NCBI GenBank assembly: GCA_903846015.1
Contig: CAIMZS010000460.1
Span: forward strand, 40-64,039
Reading direction: 5' to 3'
DNA: 64,000 nucleotides
From: an uncultured Anaerolineae bacterium
Lineage (GTDB): Bacteria; Chloroflexota; Anaerolineae; Anaerolineales; Villigracilaceae
The translations under genes were made by a program, and so were the position numbers. The notes under the pieces were generated by a model, which saw only the letters and a program-made list of their open reading frames with translations, searched no databases and was not told where the DNA came from. This document shows, piece by piece, positions 1 through 8,984 of the stretch; within the stretch, counting starts at the first letter, position 1; every line of letters begins with the position of its first letter.

Positions 1-1
1 A

Positions 2-703
2 CGACGCTCTCCGATCTTGGCGAGCTCTCTTTTCGCCGTGCTGGGATTATTTAATGTAGCCATTCCATTTATTCTGATTACCTGGGGTGAAAAATCAATC
101 GACTCAGCCGTTGCCGCCATCCTGAACGCAACCGTCCCGTTGTTCACCGTTATCCTGGCACATTTTTTTCTAAAAGACGACCGAATCACCCTGCCAAAGA
201 TCAGCGGGCTGATGATCGGTTTTCTGGGTGTGGTGCTGCTGCTGAGCAAGGATCTGAGCATCGATGCGCACAATCCGGTACTTGGGCAAGCCGCAGTCAT
301 CCTGGCATCATTTTCATACGCTGGCAGTTACATCTATGCCCGCATCCACACTGCCGAAGTGCCTGGACAGATTCGCGGCATGCTGCCACTATTTAGCGCA
401 ACCGCCATGGTTTGGGTCATTGCTCCAGTGGTCGAAGCTCCACTTGTCATCCCCAGGCTGCCGATAACCTGGATCGCTTTGATATGGCTGGGTGTGCTTG
501 GAACCGGGTTGGCATTGCTGATGCAATATTATCTCGTGCACGAGATTGGCCCCACCCGTGCTACACTTGTAACCTACATCTTTCCACTCGGCGGCGTACT
601 ACTCGGTGTCATATTCCTGCACGAACAGTTCTCCTGGCAATTAGCCGCAGGCGCCGCCCTGATCATCTCATCTATTGCAGTTGTAAATTGGAAGAAAAAA
701 TGA
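2..703 (+). CDS. EamA/DMT-family transporter, 5'-truncated by the window edge
   Basis: The ORF is open to the window start. It is a multi-pass hydrophobic protein with EamA-like segments (ILNATVPLFTVILAHFFLKD, LMQYYLVHEIGPTRATLVTYIFPLGGVLLGV). Its stop TGA at 701-703 overlaps the era start in an ATGA arrangement. Confidence 0.8.
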   Translation, partial: RRSPILASSLFAVLGLFNVAIPFILITWGEKSIDSAVAAILNATVPLFTVILAHFFLKDDRITLPKISGLMIGFLGVVLLLSKDLSIDAHNPVLGQAAVILASFSYAGSYIYARIHTAEVPGQIRGMLPLFSATAMVWVIAPVVEAPLVIPRLPITWIALIWLGVLGTGLALLMQYYLVHEIGPTRATLVTYIFPLGGVLLGVIFLHEQFSWQLAAGAALIISSIAVVNWKKK

Positions 704-1620
704 CAGAAAAAAAATCCGGCTTTATCTCCATCATCGGCCATCCCAATGTTGGAAAATCAACACTCGTCAACGCGTTTCTCGGCCAAAAAATCGCCGCGGT
801 TACGCCCAAGGCCCAAACCACCCGCCGCCGCCAGATGGGCATTCTTACCAACGAAGAATACCAGTTGGTTTTTCTTGACACCCCTGGCATCCACAGCCCG
901 CGCCACAAACTGGGCGAATTTTTAAACCAGGAAGCCGAGGATGCCATGCAAAGCGTGGATGTTATCTTGTGGCTTGTGGATGCAGCTGAGGGTCCAACCG
1001 ATGACGATAAGCGCATAGCTGCCACGCTGGCACAAATAAAAAAACGGGCCCCGCTTTTCGTGGGAATCAATAAAGTTGATCTGATCTCCCCCGATCATAT
1101 CCCTCTAAAAATCGCCGCTTACGCCGAACTGGTGACGGATGCTGAGATATTTCCCTTCAGCGCCACTCGTGGCGAAGGGCGCAATGAATTACTGGATGCA
1201 TTAATCGCCAAAATGCCGATGCGCGAACCCGAGTTCGATGACGGCCAGGTGACCGATTTTTACGAGCGTGAAATCGCCGCCGAACTGGTGCGCGAGGCCT
1301 GCCTGATCCATTTGCGCAACGAAGTCCCGCACGGGGTCAATGTGCGCATTGACGAATTCGTCGAGCGCGGCGAAAAAGGCGCACATATTTCGGCCACCGT
1401 GTTCGTCGAGCGTGACTCTCAAAAAGGTATCATGATTGGCGAAGGCGGCGGCATGCTCAAGAAGATCGGCACAACCGCCCGACAGGAAATCGAATCCATG
1501 AGCGGTCGCAAAGTATTCCTGGAACTGCGTGTAAAGGTTGAAAAAGATTGGCGCGATGACGAATCTGCTCTGCGGCGGTTTGGCTATAAGATTGAGCCTA
1601 AAAAGAAAACCAAAAAATAA
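700..1620 (+). CDS. era: GTPase Era
   Basis: The in-frame ATG at 700 gives MTEKKSGFISIIGHPNVGKSTLVN (G1 motif), followed by DTPG and NKVD and a C-terminal KH-like region. The upstream part of ORF 412-1620 overlaps the EamA gene and is not coding. Confidence 0.95.
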   Translation: MTEKKSGFISIIGHPNVGKSTLVNAFLGQKIAAVTPKAQTTRRRQMGILTNEEYQLVFLDTPGIHSPRHKLGEFLNQEAEDAMQSVDVILWLVDAAEGPTDDDKRIAATLAQIKKRAPLFVGINKVDLISPDHIPLKIAAYAELVTDAEIFPFSATRGEGRNELLDALIAKMPMREPEFDDGQVTDFYEREIAAELVREACLIHLRNEVPHGVNVRIDEFVERGEKGAHISATVFVERDSQKGIMIGEGGGMLKKIGTTARQEIESMSGRKVFLELRVKVEKDWRDDESALRRFGYKIEPKKKTKK

Positions 1621-1627
1621 CATACAG

Positions 1628-1664
1628 GAAGGGCGCAAGTTCTGCTGCGCCCTTCTTTAATTTT
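1628..1664 (+). terminator. Rho-independent terminator downstream of era
   Basis: GAAGGGCGCA-AGTTCTGC-TGCGCCCTTC forms a 10-bp perfect stem and is followed by TTTAATTTT. Confidence 0.6.
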
Positions 1665-1682
1665 CCGTATGCCGGAGAAAAT

Positions 1683-2357
1683 ATGACCATCACCCTGTTC
1701 ATCCTCGCAATGTTAAGCTCCCTGGTTGAATGGTTTGCCGTTTCCAAAGGTTGGCACAAAATAGAATATGCTGCCAAACCAGCTTTAATGCTTTTTTTAT
1801 CAGCCTGGCTGGTATTGAGTGCAGATGTACGCGGGCCGCTTGGCTGGTTTTTACTGGGAGGATTGCTGTCGCTGGCTGGCGATATTCTACTCATGTTGCC
1901 CAACAAAGAACGTTGGTTCCCCTTCGGTCTGGGTGCTTTCCTGCTGGCGCATGTCGCTTACATTCTTGGGTTTAACACCCCACCCCCACCTTTCAACCCC
2001 ATGACCATTGGTGTAGCCGTCATGGTGGTCGCCTCCGCGCTGCCCCTCATCCGGCGTATAGTGACAGGTACCGCCCAAACGGGCCAGCTTCGGTTAGTCG
2101 GGCCAGTGCGAGTTTATGCCGCCGTCATTTCGCTGATGCTATTTTCAGCGTTACTGACCCTCTTTCGCACAGATTGGCTGTCCACGCCTGCCTACCTGGT
2201 CAGCCTGGGGGCAGTTTTGTTTATCTCATCAGACATGCTGCTGGCCTGGAATAAATTCGTAAATCCCATCCGGCACAGCCCGCTATGGGTCATGGTCACA
2301 TATGATCTGGGCCAAATGGCGCTGATTGCCGGAGCATTGGGGCAGTTCGGAAAATGA
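1683..2357 (+). CDS. YhhN-family lysoplasmalogenase-like membrane protein
   Basis: A 224-aa polytopic protein with the YhhN-like motifs AKPALM, LAGDILLM and FLLAHVAYI. Confidence 0.7.
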   Translation: MTITLFILAMLSSLVEWFAVSKGWHKIEYAAKPALMLFLSAWLVLSADVRGPLGWFLLGGLLSLAGDILLMLPNKERWFPFGLGAFLLAHVAYILGFNTPPPPFNPMTIGVAVMVVASALPLIRRIVTGTAQTGQLRLVGPVRVYAAVISLMLFSALLTLFRTDWLSTPAYLVSLGAVLFISSDMLLAWNKFVNPIRHSPLWVMVTYDLGQMALIAGALGQFGK

Positions 2358-2362
2358 CAGCT

Positions 2363-2388
2363 GTGCCCGTGCTGAACCGGGTACCATT
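2363..2388. repeat. Short dispersed repeat, family A' (GCCCGTGCWGAACCGGGTACCATT)
   Basis: gtgcccgtgctgaaccgggtaccatt lies between the convergent stops of the YhhN and YitT genes. It is near-identical to 18977-19002 and, in reverse complement, to 12109-12132. Confidence 0.7.
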
Positions 2389-3277
2389 ATTGTCGCTTAA
2401 ACGGTTGGAACCCCTCACCCAACGCCTCATGAGCAGCACCAATCACCATAAAGGCCTGCGCATCTGCTTCATGGACGATCGTCTTCAAAAGCTGGACTTC
2501 CGAACGAGTAACAACCGTGTAAAGTACCGGCCGTTCCTTGCCAGTATATGCCCCGGTACCCGAAAGCACCGTGACACCTCGCTCCATCACGGATAATATC
2601 CTTTCCGCCACATCCTTGGGCTGCGAAGTAACAATTAATGCTGTGCGGACCGTGCCTGCGCCCTCCATCGTGGTATCGACGACCAACCCGCTGACATACA
2701 AGGTAATGATGGCGTACAGCGCTTTGTCCCACCCAAAAATAAAACCAGCGCCCAAAATAACCGCTGTATCTGTAATGAGATAACTCTGCGTAATGGGGAC
2801 ACCACGATAGTGGTTCAAAATACGCGCCAGAATATCACTACCGCCGCTGGTGCCCTGTCCACGATACACCAGCCCATACCCAATCCCAGACACCACAGCG
2901 CCATAAAGTGAATTAAGCACCAGATCATTCGTCAACCCATTTTTTGGGAAAAACGGCAGCCACAGCAAACCATCGGTAAAAAATGAAAGCGCGACAATGG
3001 CAAAAGCCGTGCGCATGGCAAAACGACGCCCGCCCAAAAAGCGCCACCCGATCAAAAAAAGCGGTATGTTACCTATAAAAACCATCAACCCGATTGGCCA
3101 ATGGGTGAAATAATTGATCAATTGAGCAATACCACTGACACCCCCAGAGGCCAGTTCGGCGGGGATTAGAAAAATACGTAACCCAACTGCCTGGACCAGA
3201 GTACCGAAAGCCACCAGACCGAAATCCCGCAGGGTCGGCCAATATGGATGGATCGGTTTCATTGACGAATTACTCAT
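2387..3277 (-). CDS. YitT-family membrane protein (DUF161/DUF2179)
   Basis: 296 aa with a membrane region (GGVSGIAQLINYF, IGNIPLFLIGWRFLG) and a C-terminal soluble DUF2179-like tail. Confidence 0.8.
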   Translation of the reverse strand: MSNSSMKPIHPYWPTLRDFGLVAFGTLVQAVGLRIFLIPAELASGGVSGIAQLINYFTHWPIGLMVFIGNIPLFLIGWRFLGGRRFAMRTAFAIVALSFFTDGLLWLPFFPKNGLTNDLVLNSLYGAVVSGIGYGLVYRGQGTSGGSDILARILNHYRGVPITQSYLITDTAVILGAGFIFGWDKALYAIITLYVSGLVVDTTMEGAGTVRTALIVTSQPKDVAERILSVMERGVTVLSGTGAYTGKERPVLYTVVTRSEVQLLKTIVHEADAQAFMVIGAAHEALGEGFQPFKRQ

Positions 3278-4157
3278 TCAGTTTCACACCCGCCAGCGCT
3301 TCAATCACAGCCAGCACCCCAGAATTATCCAATTCACCCATGCCCATTTGCAGCATCGCGCTGAATAATTGGGCATTCCCAGCAGTGGCAGGCAGCGGAA
3401 CGCCGTATTCGCGCGCAGTCTCCAAAACAATATTGAGATCCTTAGCCTGCATGTGAGCCTTAAAACCCGGACCGCGATTTCCAGCAAACAAACGCGGCGG
3501 CTTTACATCCAGAGTCCAACACTGTGCAGCGCCGCCTTTGATGGCATCAACCACTTTTTTAGGGTCAACGCCGGCTTTCTGGGAAAAAATGAGCAGTTCG
3601 CCCATCGCTACCATTTGCGCAGCCACCATGATCTGGTTGGCTGCCTTGGCCACCTGGCCTGCCCCTGCCGCGCCAACGTGTGTGACGGTCTTGCCCATGG
3701 CCAGCAAAACCGGCATAACTTTTTCAAGAGCAGACGCATCACCGCCAACCATGATAGTCAGTGTACCGTTTTTCGCGCCAATGTCTCCGCCGCTGACCGG
3801 GGCATCCAATGCAAACACACCCTTCTCAGCCAATTGACCGGCAATCGCACGCGCGGTGACGGGTTTAATGGTCGAATTGTCAATGTAAACCAGCCCCGAT
3901 TTGGCTGTATCCATGATGCCACCCTTGCCAAGTACCACCTTTTCGACATCCGGAGAATCCGGCAGGTTGGTAAACACCACATCGACCTGTTCCGCCACTT
4001 CAGCAGCGGATTGTGCTGCCAGCGCACCCTCCGCCACCAATTCATCCACCGCCGCACGGCTGCGGTTATGCACAACCAGTGGGAACCCGGCTTTGAGAAT
4101 ATTGCGGGCAATCGATTTCCCCATTAATCCAAGACCGATGTAACCGATTTTTAACAT
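3270..4157 (-). CDS. NAD(P)-dependent beta-hydroxyacid dehydrogenase (2-hydroxy-3-oxopropionate / 3-hydroxyisobutyrate reductase family)
   Basis: N-terminal Rossmann motif IGYIGLGLMGKSIARN, then DAPVSGG and GAGQVAKAANQ, which are typical of the GarR/MmsB family. Confidence 0.85.
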   Translation of the reverse strand: MLKIGYIGLGLMGKSIARNILKAGFPLVVHNRSRAAVDELVAEGALAAQSAAEVAEQVDVVFTNLPDSPDVEKVVLGKGGIMDTAKSGLVYIDNSTIKPVTARAIAGQLAEKGVFALDAPVSGGDIGAKNGTLTIMVGGDASALEKVMPVLLAMGKTVTHVGAAGAGQVAKAANQIMVAAQMVAMGELLIFSQKAGVDPKKVVDAIKGGAAQCWTLDVKPPRLFAGNRGPGFKAHMQAKDLNIVLETAREYGVPLPATAGNAQLFSAMLQMGMGELDNSGVLAVIEALAGVKLNE

Positions 4158-4270
4158 TTTTGGTTTCCTTTGATCCTTTTTTGGGGGTGATTATACTCGT
4201 TTGCCAATCGGCAATGGCCGATCAGACTCTCATCCAAGCCGTAAAAGGTTTTGCAGGAGAGCCTGATATG

Positions 4271-4311
4271 AAAAATTCAGGGAGCCGAATTTCAACGGCT
4301 CCCTGAATTTT
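4271..4311. terminator. Bidirectional hairpin terminator downstream of the SIMPL gene
   Basis: TTCAGGGAGCCG-AATTTCAA-CGGCTCCCTGAA forms a 12-bp perfect stem, flanked by AAAAA on one side and TTTT on the other. Confidence 0.6.
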
Positions 4312-4333
4312 GGTTGTGTAAACTAACCGAAGT

Positions 4334-5104
4334 TTACTTGATATCGTACGCGATCGTCACAGTGACCGTGATCTCCATTTGCCCGGGGTTGATCGGCACA
4401 GCGATATCTGCACTGGCTGCCCCGCCGCCCATGCCCTTGCCCTGGAATATGGGGGATGGTGATGCATCGTAATATTGGATACTCTGGATGTCGCCCAGGG
4501 TAACGCCCGCGGCATCAGCCAGTTCAACTGCCTGTGTTTTAGCAGTCTTGACCGCATCAGCGCGCGCCTGGCTGAGAGCCTTGCTTTTATCAGCCACATC
4601 AAATTGGATGCTGTTAATATTATTTGCGCCCGCCTTTACAGCGGCGTCCAGCAGGTCACCCAACTTATCGAGCTTGCGCACAGTCAAATACACGGTGTTG
4701 TCGACAGCATAGTTGGAACTGGTTGGCTTGCCATCTGGCCCATACTGGTTATTTTGCCAGATACTAAAGTTGGTAGTTTGGATATCATTAGCATCCACCC
4801 CTGCAGCCTTCAGCGCAGTGATCAACTTCTGTGTATTCGCGTTGTTCTCAGCCACCGATTCGGAAGCAGTCGCCATTTCGGTATGCACACCAACATAAAT
4901 ATACGCGATGTCAGGCTTCAACGACACCTTTCCGGCACCGCTAATGGTAAGCGTACGAGGTGTGGAAGAAGCGCTCTGGCCGGCCTGGGCAGCCGATGAT
5001 GTGACCGGAACTACTGCAGCAACCGGCAGCATTGCCGGACCACAAGCACTCAACAGAACCGCCAATAGGACAACAATTGAAATTAATAATGTTTTGGTTT
5101 TCAT
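4334..5104 (-). CDS. SIMPL-domain (DUF541) secreted/lipoprotein
   Basis: MKTKTLLISIVVLLAVLLSACG is a lipobox-like signal. SIMPL-like segments follow (KPDIAYIYVGV, QTTNFSIW, INPGQMEITVTV). The start at 5104 is preceded by an AAGGAGAG Shine-Dalgarno sequence. Confidence 0.8.
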   Translation of the reverse strand: MKTKTLLISIVVLLAVLLSACGPAMLPVAAVVPVTSSAAQAGQSASSTPRTLTISGAGKVSLKPDIAYIYVGVHTEMATASESVAENNANTQKLITALKAAGVDANDIQTTNFSIWQNNQYGPDGKPTSSNYAVDNTVYLTVRKLDKLGDLLDAAVKAGANNINSIQFDVADKSKALSQARADAVKTAKTQAVELADAAGVTLGDIQSIQYYDASPSPIFQGKGMGGGAASADIAVPINPGQMEITVTVTIAYDIK

Positions 5105-5270
5105 CTTTCTCTCCTTGTGAATTTGAATTACCATATTCCAGACGCACAAGCTTGTAAAAAGTTCCCTGCGCTTGTATTTTCATCAAACATCCTGTAAAAT
5201 CTAAACAAATGTTCTAATACATAACCAAATAGCGTAGAAACAGTGCACATCCAACATTAAAGGAAAAGCA

Positions 5271-6476
5271 ATGACTCTTGACTTTCAACAGGTGTATCAA
5301 AAGATCAAGGAAATTGGCGCCACCGTTCAACAACGCAAAAAAACACTGGAAGAACGGCGCGCTCATGCCCGCTTTCTGCTGAATTTGCACGCCGATAACC
5401 TGGCTGGGTTGCGCTATAAGATTGAAACCGTCAAAGAGGCTGATCCCAATATCCGCTGCGCCCTGCCGCTTCAGGAACGCCTGGACCACCACAGCCCTGG
5501 GCCTGATCTGCCGTCCGCCGCAACCCTGATCGCCGCAGACGGTTCGCAGATCAATCCAGACCGGCATGCCGCCATCCAATACGGATTGGTAAATGTAGGC
5601 GCAATCATCCTGCGGCTGAACTCGAACGAAGCACCCATCATTCGCACCGACAGCGAACTGCTTTACGATGATGAACTATACACTCCATCCGGAAACCCAC
5701 TCTCGGAGGGCCTGGTTGCCCTACAGCGCGATCTGAAAGAACGGGCAAAACTTCTTGTTCTGGCAGATGAATTCGGCGTTGACGGCAGCCCGGTGATCAC
5801 ATTTACCGATGGCCCCATCGAACTGTGGGGAATGAGGGATGGCGAGGATGCCCTCGCCTTTGAGCAGAGCCTGAAAAAATACCTGTCTGTGCTTTCCCAG
5901 CTTCAACAAAAAAATATCACCACGGCTGGTTACGTCGACAAGCCATCATCCGATCCAGTCATCCGCTTGCTTGAACTGACCGAAGCAACCGATGATGACC
6001 TGAAAAAACTGCGCGAATTTCATCCCTTACGTGGTGTCACAGACCGCTGGCTTTTTGGCGATGGGAACGTCGCGCTGATCAAAAGCGGTGAACGCTCGGC
6101 CGTATTCGCTTTTCAATCGAAATCCGAAAAATATTACAACGGCATTTTGGCCCTGCACTTTTTTTATCTTAACGTTGGCACAGACAGGCATCCTACCATC
6201 GTACGGGTCGAGATCCCTAAATGGGTTGTTGATGACCCCGAAAAGCTGAACATGCTCCACGCCGTGCTTATCAGCCAATGCCGCATGCTGGGCGCCAGAC
6301 CCTACCCCTACCTGCTGCATCGCGCCCACGAAACAGCCGTGGTCACACATGAAGAAAAGCAGCAAGTCGACCAGATGCTGATGAGTGAACTTTATCGCTC
6401 CGGTGGAGAAATTGACGAAGGCTCATACAAGCAATCCGCCAAGGATTTGGCCGGAAGAACGGGCTACCGGCGCTAA
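5271..6476 (+). CDS. nurA: NurA-domain nuclease (HerA partner)
   Basis: 401 aa with NurA-like acidic motifs: LIAADGSQINPDRH (catalytic-Asp context), ITFTDGPIELWG and YVDKPSSDPVIRLLEL. It lies two genes upstream of a HerA-like ATPase. Confidence 0.7.
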   Translation: MTLDFQQVYQKIKEIGATVQQRKKTLEERRAHARFLLNLHADNLAGLRYKIETVKEADPNIRCALPLQERLDHHSPGPDLPSAATLIAADGSQINPDRHAAIQYGLVNVGAIILRLNSNEAPIIRTDSELLYDDELYTPSGNPLSEGLVALQRDLKERAKLLVLADEFGVDGSPVITFTDGPIELWGMRDGEDALAFEQSLKKYLSVLSQLQQKNITTAGYVDKPSSDPVIRLLELTEATDDDLKKLREFHPLRGVTDRWLFGDGNVALIKSGERSAVFAFQSKSEKYYNGILALHFFYLNVGTDRHPTIVRVEIPKWVVDDPEKLNMLHAVLISQCRMLGARPYPYLLHRAHETAVVTHEEKQQVDQMLMSELYRSGGEIDEGSYKQSAKDLAGRTGYRR

Positions 6477-6571
6477 TATGATAAAAACGCTCTTATCCGC
6501 GTTTTCCTCGGCGCATTGGTTTTTCTCAGCATAATATCAAGACACTTAGAACAGCGAAAATCGGAGCCAGC

Positions 6572-7168
6572 ATGCCATCTTATGAAATTGGACGTTTACT
6601 ACGCGCCGGAACAACCGGTTTTATCGCCGGGTGCTCGGTCTCACAATTTGAAGCCCCGGCCTTCGGGTCACTTGTCCGCGCTCCATTGGGGGACGACTAC
6701 CAGGTTTATGGGCTGATCTACGATATCCATATCGATGATGATGGGCTGGTCCGCCAGCTCGTGACCGCCGAGCATGTCAGCCCGGAGGTCATGAAAGACA
6801 ACCGTGAGCGCCGCATCGTACCGGTGGAAATGTCTGTGCTCTCGGCTGGCTACAAACAGGGTGACCGCATCCAGCACCTGCTGCCGCCTCGCCCGCCGCT
6901 CAGTCTGGACGTGATCTTTTTGTGTGATGATAAAGAACTGGTCCAGTTCACCGATGTGGGTCGCTTCGGCTATTTTCGACATATCCTGCGCGCCAAGGAT
7001 GCCCCCATCGGCGAGATGCTGGCGGCGCACATTCAACAAGCCGGCGCAGCACATGGGCAGCTCAGTGACAGGTGGAAGGAAGCCGCCACCCAGGAATTGA
7101 TCACCTTGCTCCGTGATGATTACCCGACCTTAATGAGCGTGCTCGGCGCGCTGGGCGAAGTCTTTTAG
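6572..7168 (+). CDS. Hypothetical protein, candidate stand-alone HAS-barrel domain plus helical tail
   Basis: A 198-aa ORF sits between the NurA and HerA genes. GSLVRAPLGDDYQVYGLIYDIHI resembles the HerA N-terminal segment GGFVVIDSGNYRFYGLVTDLKL encoded next door. A later segment, VEMSVLSAGYKQGDRIQHLLPPRPPLSLDV, also fits a barrel. Confidence 0.5.
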   Translation: MPSYEIGRLLRAGTTGFIAGCSVSQFEAPAFGSLVRAPLGDDYQVYGLIYDIHIDDDGLVRQLVTAEHVSPEVMKDNRERRIVPVEMSVLSAGYKQGDRIQHLLPPRPPLSLDVIFLCDDKELVQFTDVGRFGYFRHILRAKDAPIGEMLAAHIQQAGAAHGQLSDRWKEAATQELITLLRDDYPTLMSVLGALGEVF

Positions 7169-7221
7169 GTTTTCCTTCCACAAACTGCACAAGCACATCT
7201 CAACCAAACAGAGAGGTCGCC

Positions 7222-8946
7222 ATGTTTAATCAAAACTCGAAAATTGTAGTTCAACAACCCACCATCGGCTACATGGTCGGCGGAGGCCTGAAAGAATCCT
7301 TCTCCGCCCGCCTGACCGTTGACCCGCTTGACATCCAGGAAGGCGGCTTTGTTGTCATAGACAGCGGCAACTACCGTTTCTACGGGCTGGTTACTGACCT
7401 GAAGCTGGGCGCCACCGACCCGCGCTTCGCGGATGAGCAGTCCGAGAAACGCCTGCCGCCCTCCCTCGCCAAGGCATTGCACGGCCAAACCCTCTTCACC
7501 AACCTGGAGATCCTGCCGGCGCTCATGCTGGAACGCGGCCCCGATCCCGCTTCAAAGGAATACAAACTATGGCGGGCAGAACACCCCGAAGATCCGCGCC
7601 CCCTGCCGGTCAAGACCGTGCCCATGCATCACGCGCCTGTCAGCCTGGCGGATGCAGCCGATATTGCCACCATTTTCGGCGACCCCGATAAAGATGGTAA
7701 CTTTATCATCGGCTACACCCGGGAACAGGGGCACCCGGTCTGCATCAACCTGGAGAAGTTCGTTCAGCGCTCTTCCGGTGTCTTCGGCGCCACCGGCACC
7801 GGTAAATCCTTCCTCACCCGCCTGATATTGGCCGGGTTGATGCACTATAACAAGGCTTCGGTACTTGTGTTAGATATGCACAACGAGTACGGCTTTGACG
7901 ATGTTGCCTCCGACACCAAAATGCCCGTCATTGGCTTAAAAACCAAGTTCAGGGGTAAGGTCAGGGTGGTCGGTCTTGGCGCAGGGGCCAAAATCCGCAA
8001 TAGTCAGACACCCGACTTTAACCTGGAAATCGCCATGAAGGATATCTCCGCGGCGGATGTAGAAATGCTGGCGCGCGAATTGAATCTAAAGGATACCTCC
8101 CCCACCACACTCAACGCACTATACACATCCTTTAAAAGCGACTGGTTTGCACACTTCAAATCAATGAACCGCGAAGAAGTCGAAGTGGAAGATGACAAGG
8201 GTCGGATCAAGAAAGTGCCGCACCCCGATAGCGTTGCCTGCTGGGCCGAGGCAAACGGCGTTAATGTGATGGCTGCCGAAGCCCTGCACGACAAGCTGCG
8301 CCGTTTATTCGGCAAACCCTATATCGTTGAAAAACCCGTTTCGGATGGCATCGGTGAAATCATCAAGGCACTCGAAGCCGGGCAGCACGTGGTTTTATCG
8401 TTCGGCGACCATGAAGCTGACCTGGACTACCTGCTGGTGTCCAACCTGCTGACACGCCACATTCGCGACGCATGGGAAAAAAGAACCAATGAATTCCGCG
8501 CGCACGGCTCGCGCGAACCACGCCCGCTGGTCATCGTGGTAGAAGAGGCTCACAAACTACTGAACCGCGAAATGGCCGCGCAGACCACCTTCGCCACCAT
8601 CGCGCGCGAACTGCGCAAATACTACGTCACCCTTCTGATTGTCGATCAGCGCCCATCCCAAATCTATGATGAAGTCATGTCGCAGCTCGGCACACGCATC
8701 AGCGGCTGGCTGGGCGATGACGATGACATCCAGGCCGTCCTATCGGGGCTGTCTGGCCGTGAAGCCATTAAGGGTATGTTGGCACGCCTGCAGCCCAAGG
8801 AAGAAGTCCTGCTGCTCGGCTGGGGCGTGCCCATGCCGCTGCCGGTGCGGTCACGGCGTTATGACGATAACTTCTGGCGCGAGCTGCTCGGCGCAAAAAA
8901 CGGCAGTACCGAAGCCGGTTTATTGAAAGAGTTGGGTTTTGATTAA
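7222..8946 (+). CDS. herA: HerA-like FtsK/HerA-superfamily ATPase
   Basis: 574 aa with an N-terminal HAS-barrel-like region. Walker A is GVFGATGTGKSF (nt ~7786-7809) and Walker B is PLVIVVEEAHKLL (nt ~8521-8560). The distal motif LLIVDQRPSQI is typical of HerA. Confidence 0.85.
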   Translation: MFNQNSKIVVQQPTIGYMVGGGLKESFSARLTVDPLDIQEGGFVVIDSGNYRFYGLVTDLKLGATDPRFADEQSEKRLPPSLAKALHGQTLFTNLEILPALMLERGPDPASKEYKLWRAEHPEDPRPLPVKTVPMHHAPVSLADAADIATIFGDPDKDGNFIIGYTREQGHPVCINLEKFVQRSSGVFGATGTGKSFLTRLILAGLMHYNKASVLVLDMHNEYGFDDVASDTKMPVIGLKTKFRGKVRVVGLGAGAKIRNSQTPDFNLEIAMKDISAADVEMLARELNLKDTSPTTLNALYTSFKSDWFAHFKSMNREEVEVEDDKGRIKKVPHPDSVACWAEANGVNVMAAEALHDKLRRLFGKPYIVEKPVSDGIGEIIKALEAGQHVVLSFGDHEADLDYLLVSNLLTRHIRDAWEKRTNEFRAHGSREPRPLVIVVEEAHKLLNREMAAQTTFATIARELRKYYVTLLIVDQRPSQIYDEVMSQLGTRISGWLGDDDDIQAVLSGLSGREAIKGMLARLQPKEEVLLLGWGVPMPLPVRSRRYDDNFWRELLGAKNGSTEAGLLKELGFD

Positions 8947-8984
8947 CACCAGGCAGATTTCCCTTTGACACGCGAGGAGCACAA

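Noticed and set aside
412-699. A long N-terminal extension of the era ORF in the six-frame track, which runs 412-1620.
   Set aside because: The extension overlaps the EamA transporter gene in another frame and has Arg/Cys/His-rich nonsense composition. The conserved Era N-terminus begins at ATG 700 in an ATGA stop/start overlap.
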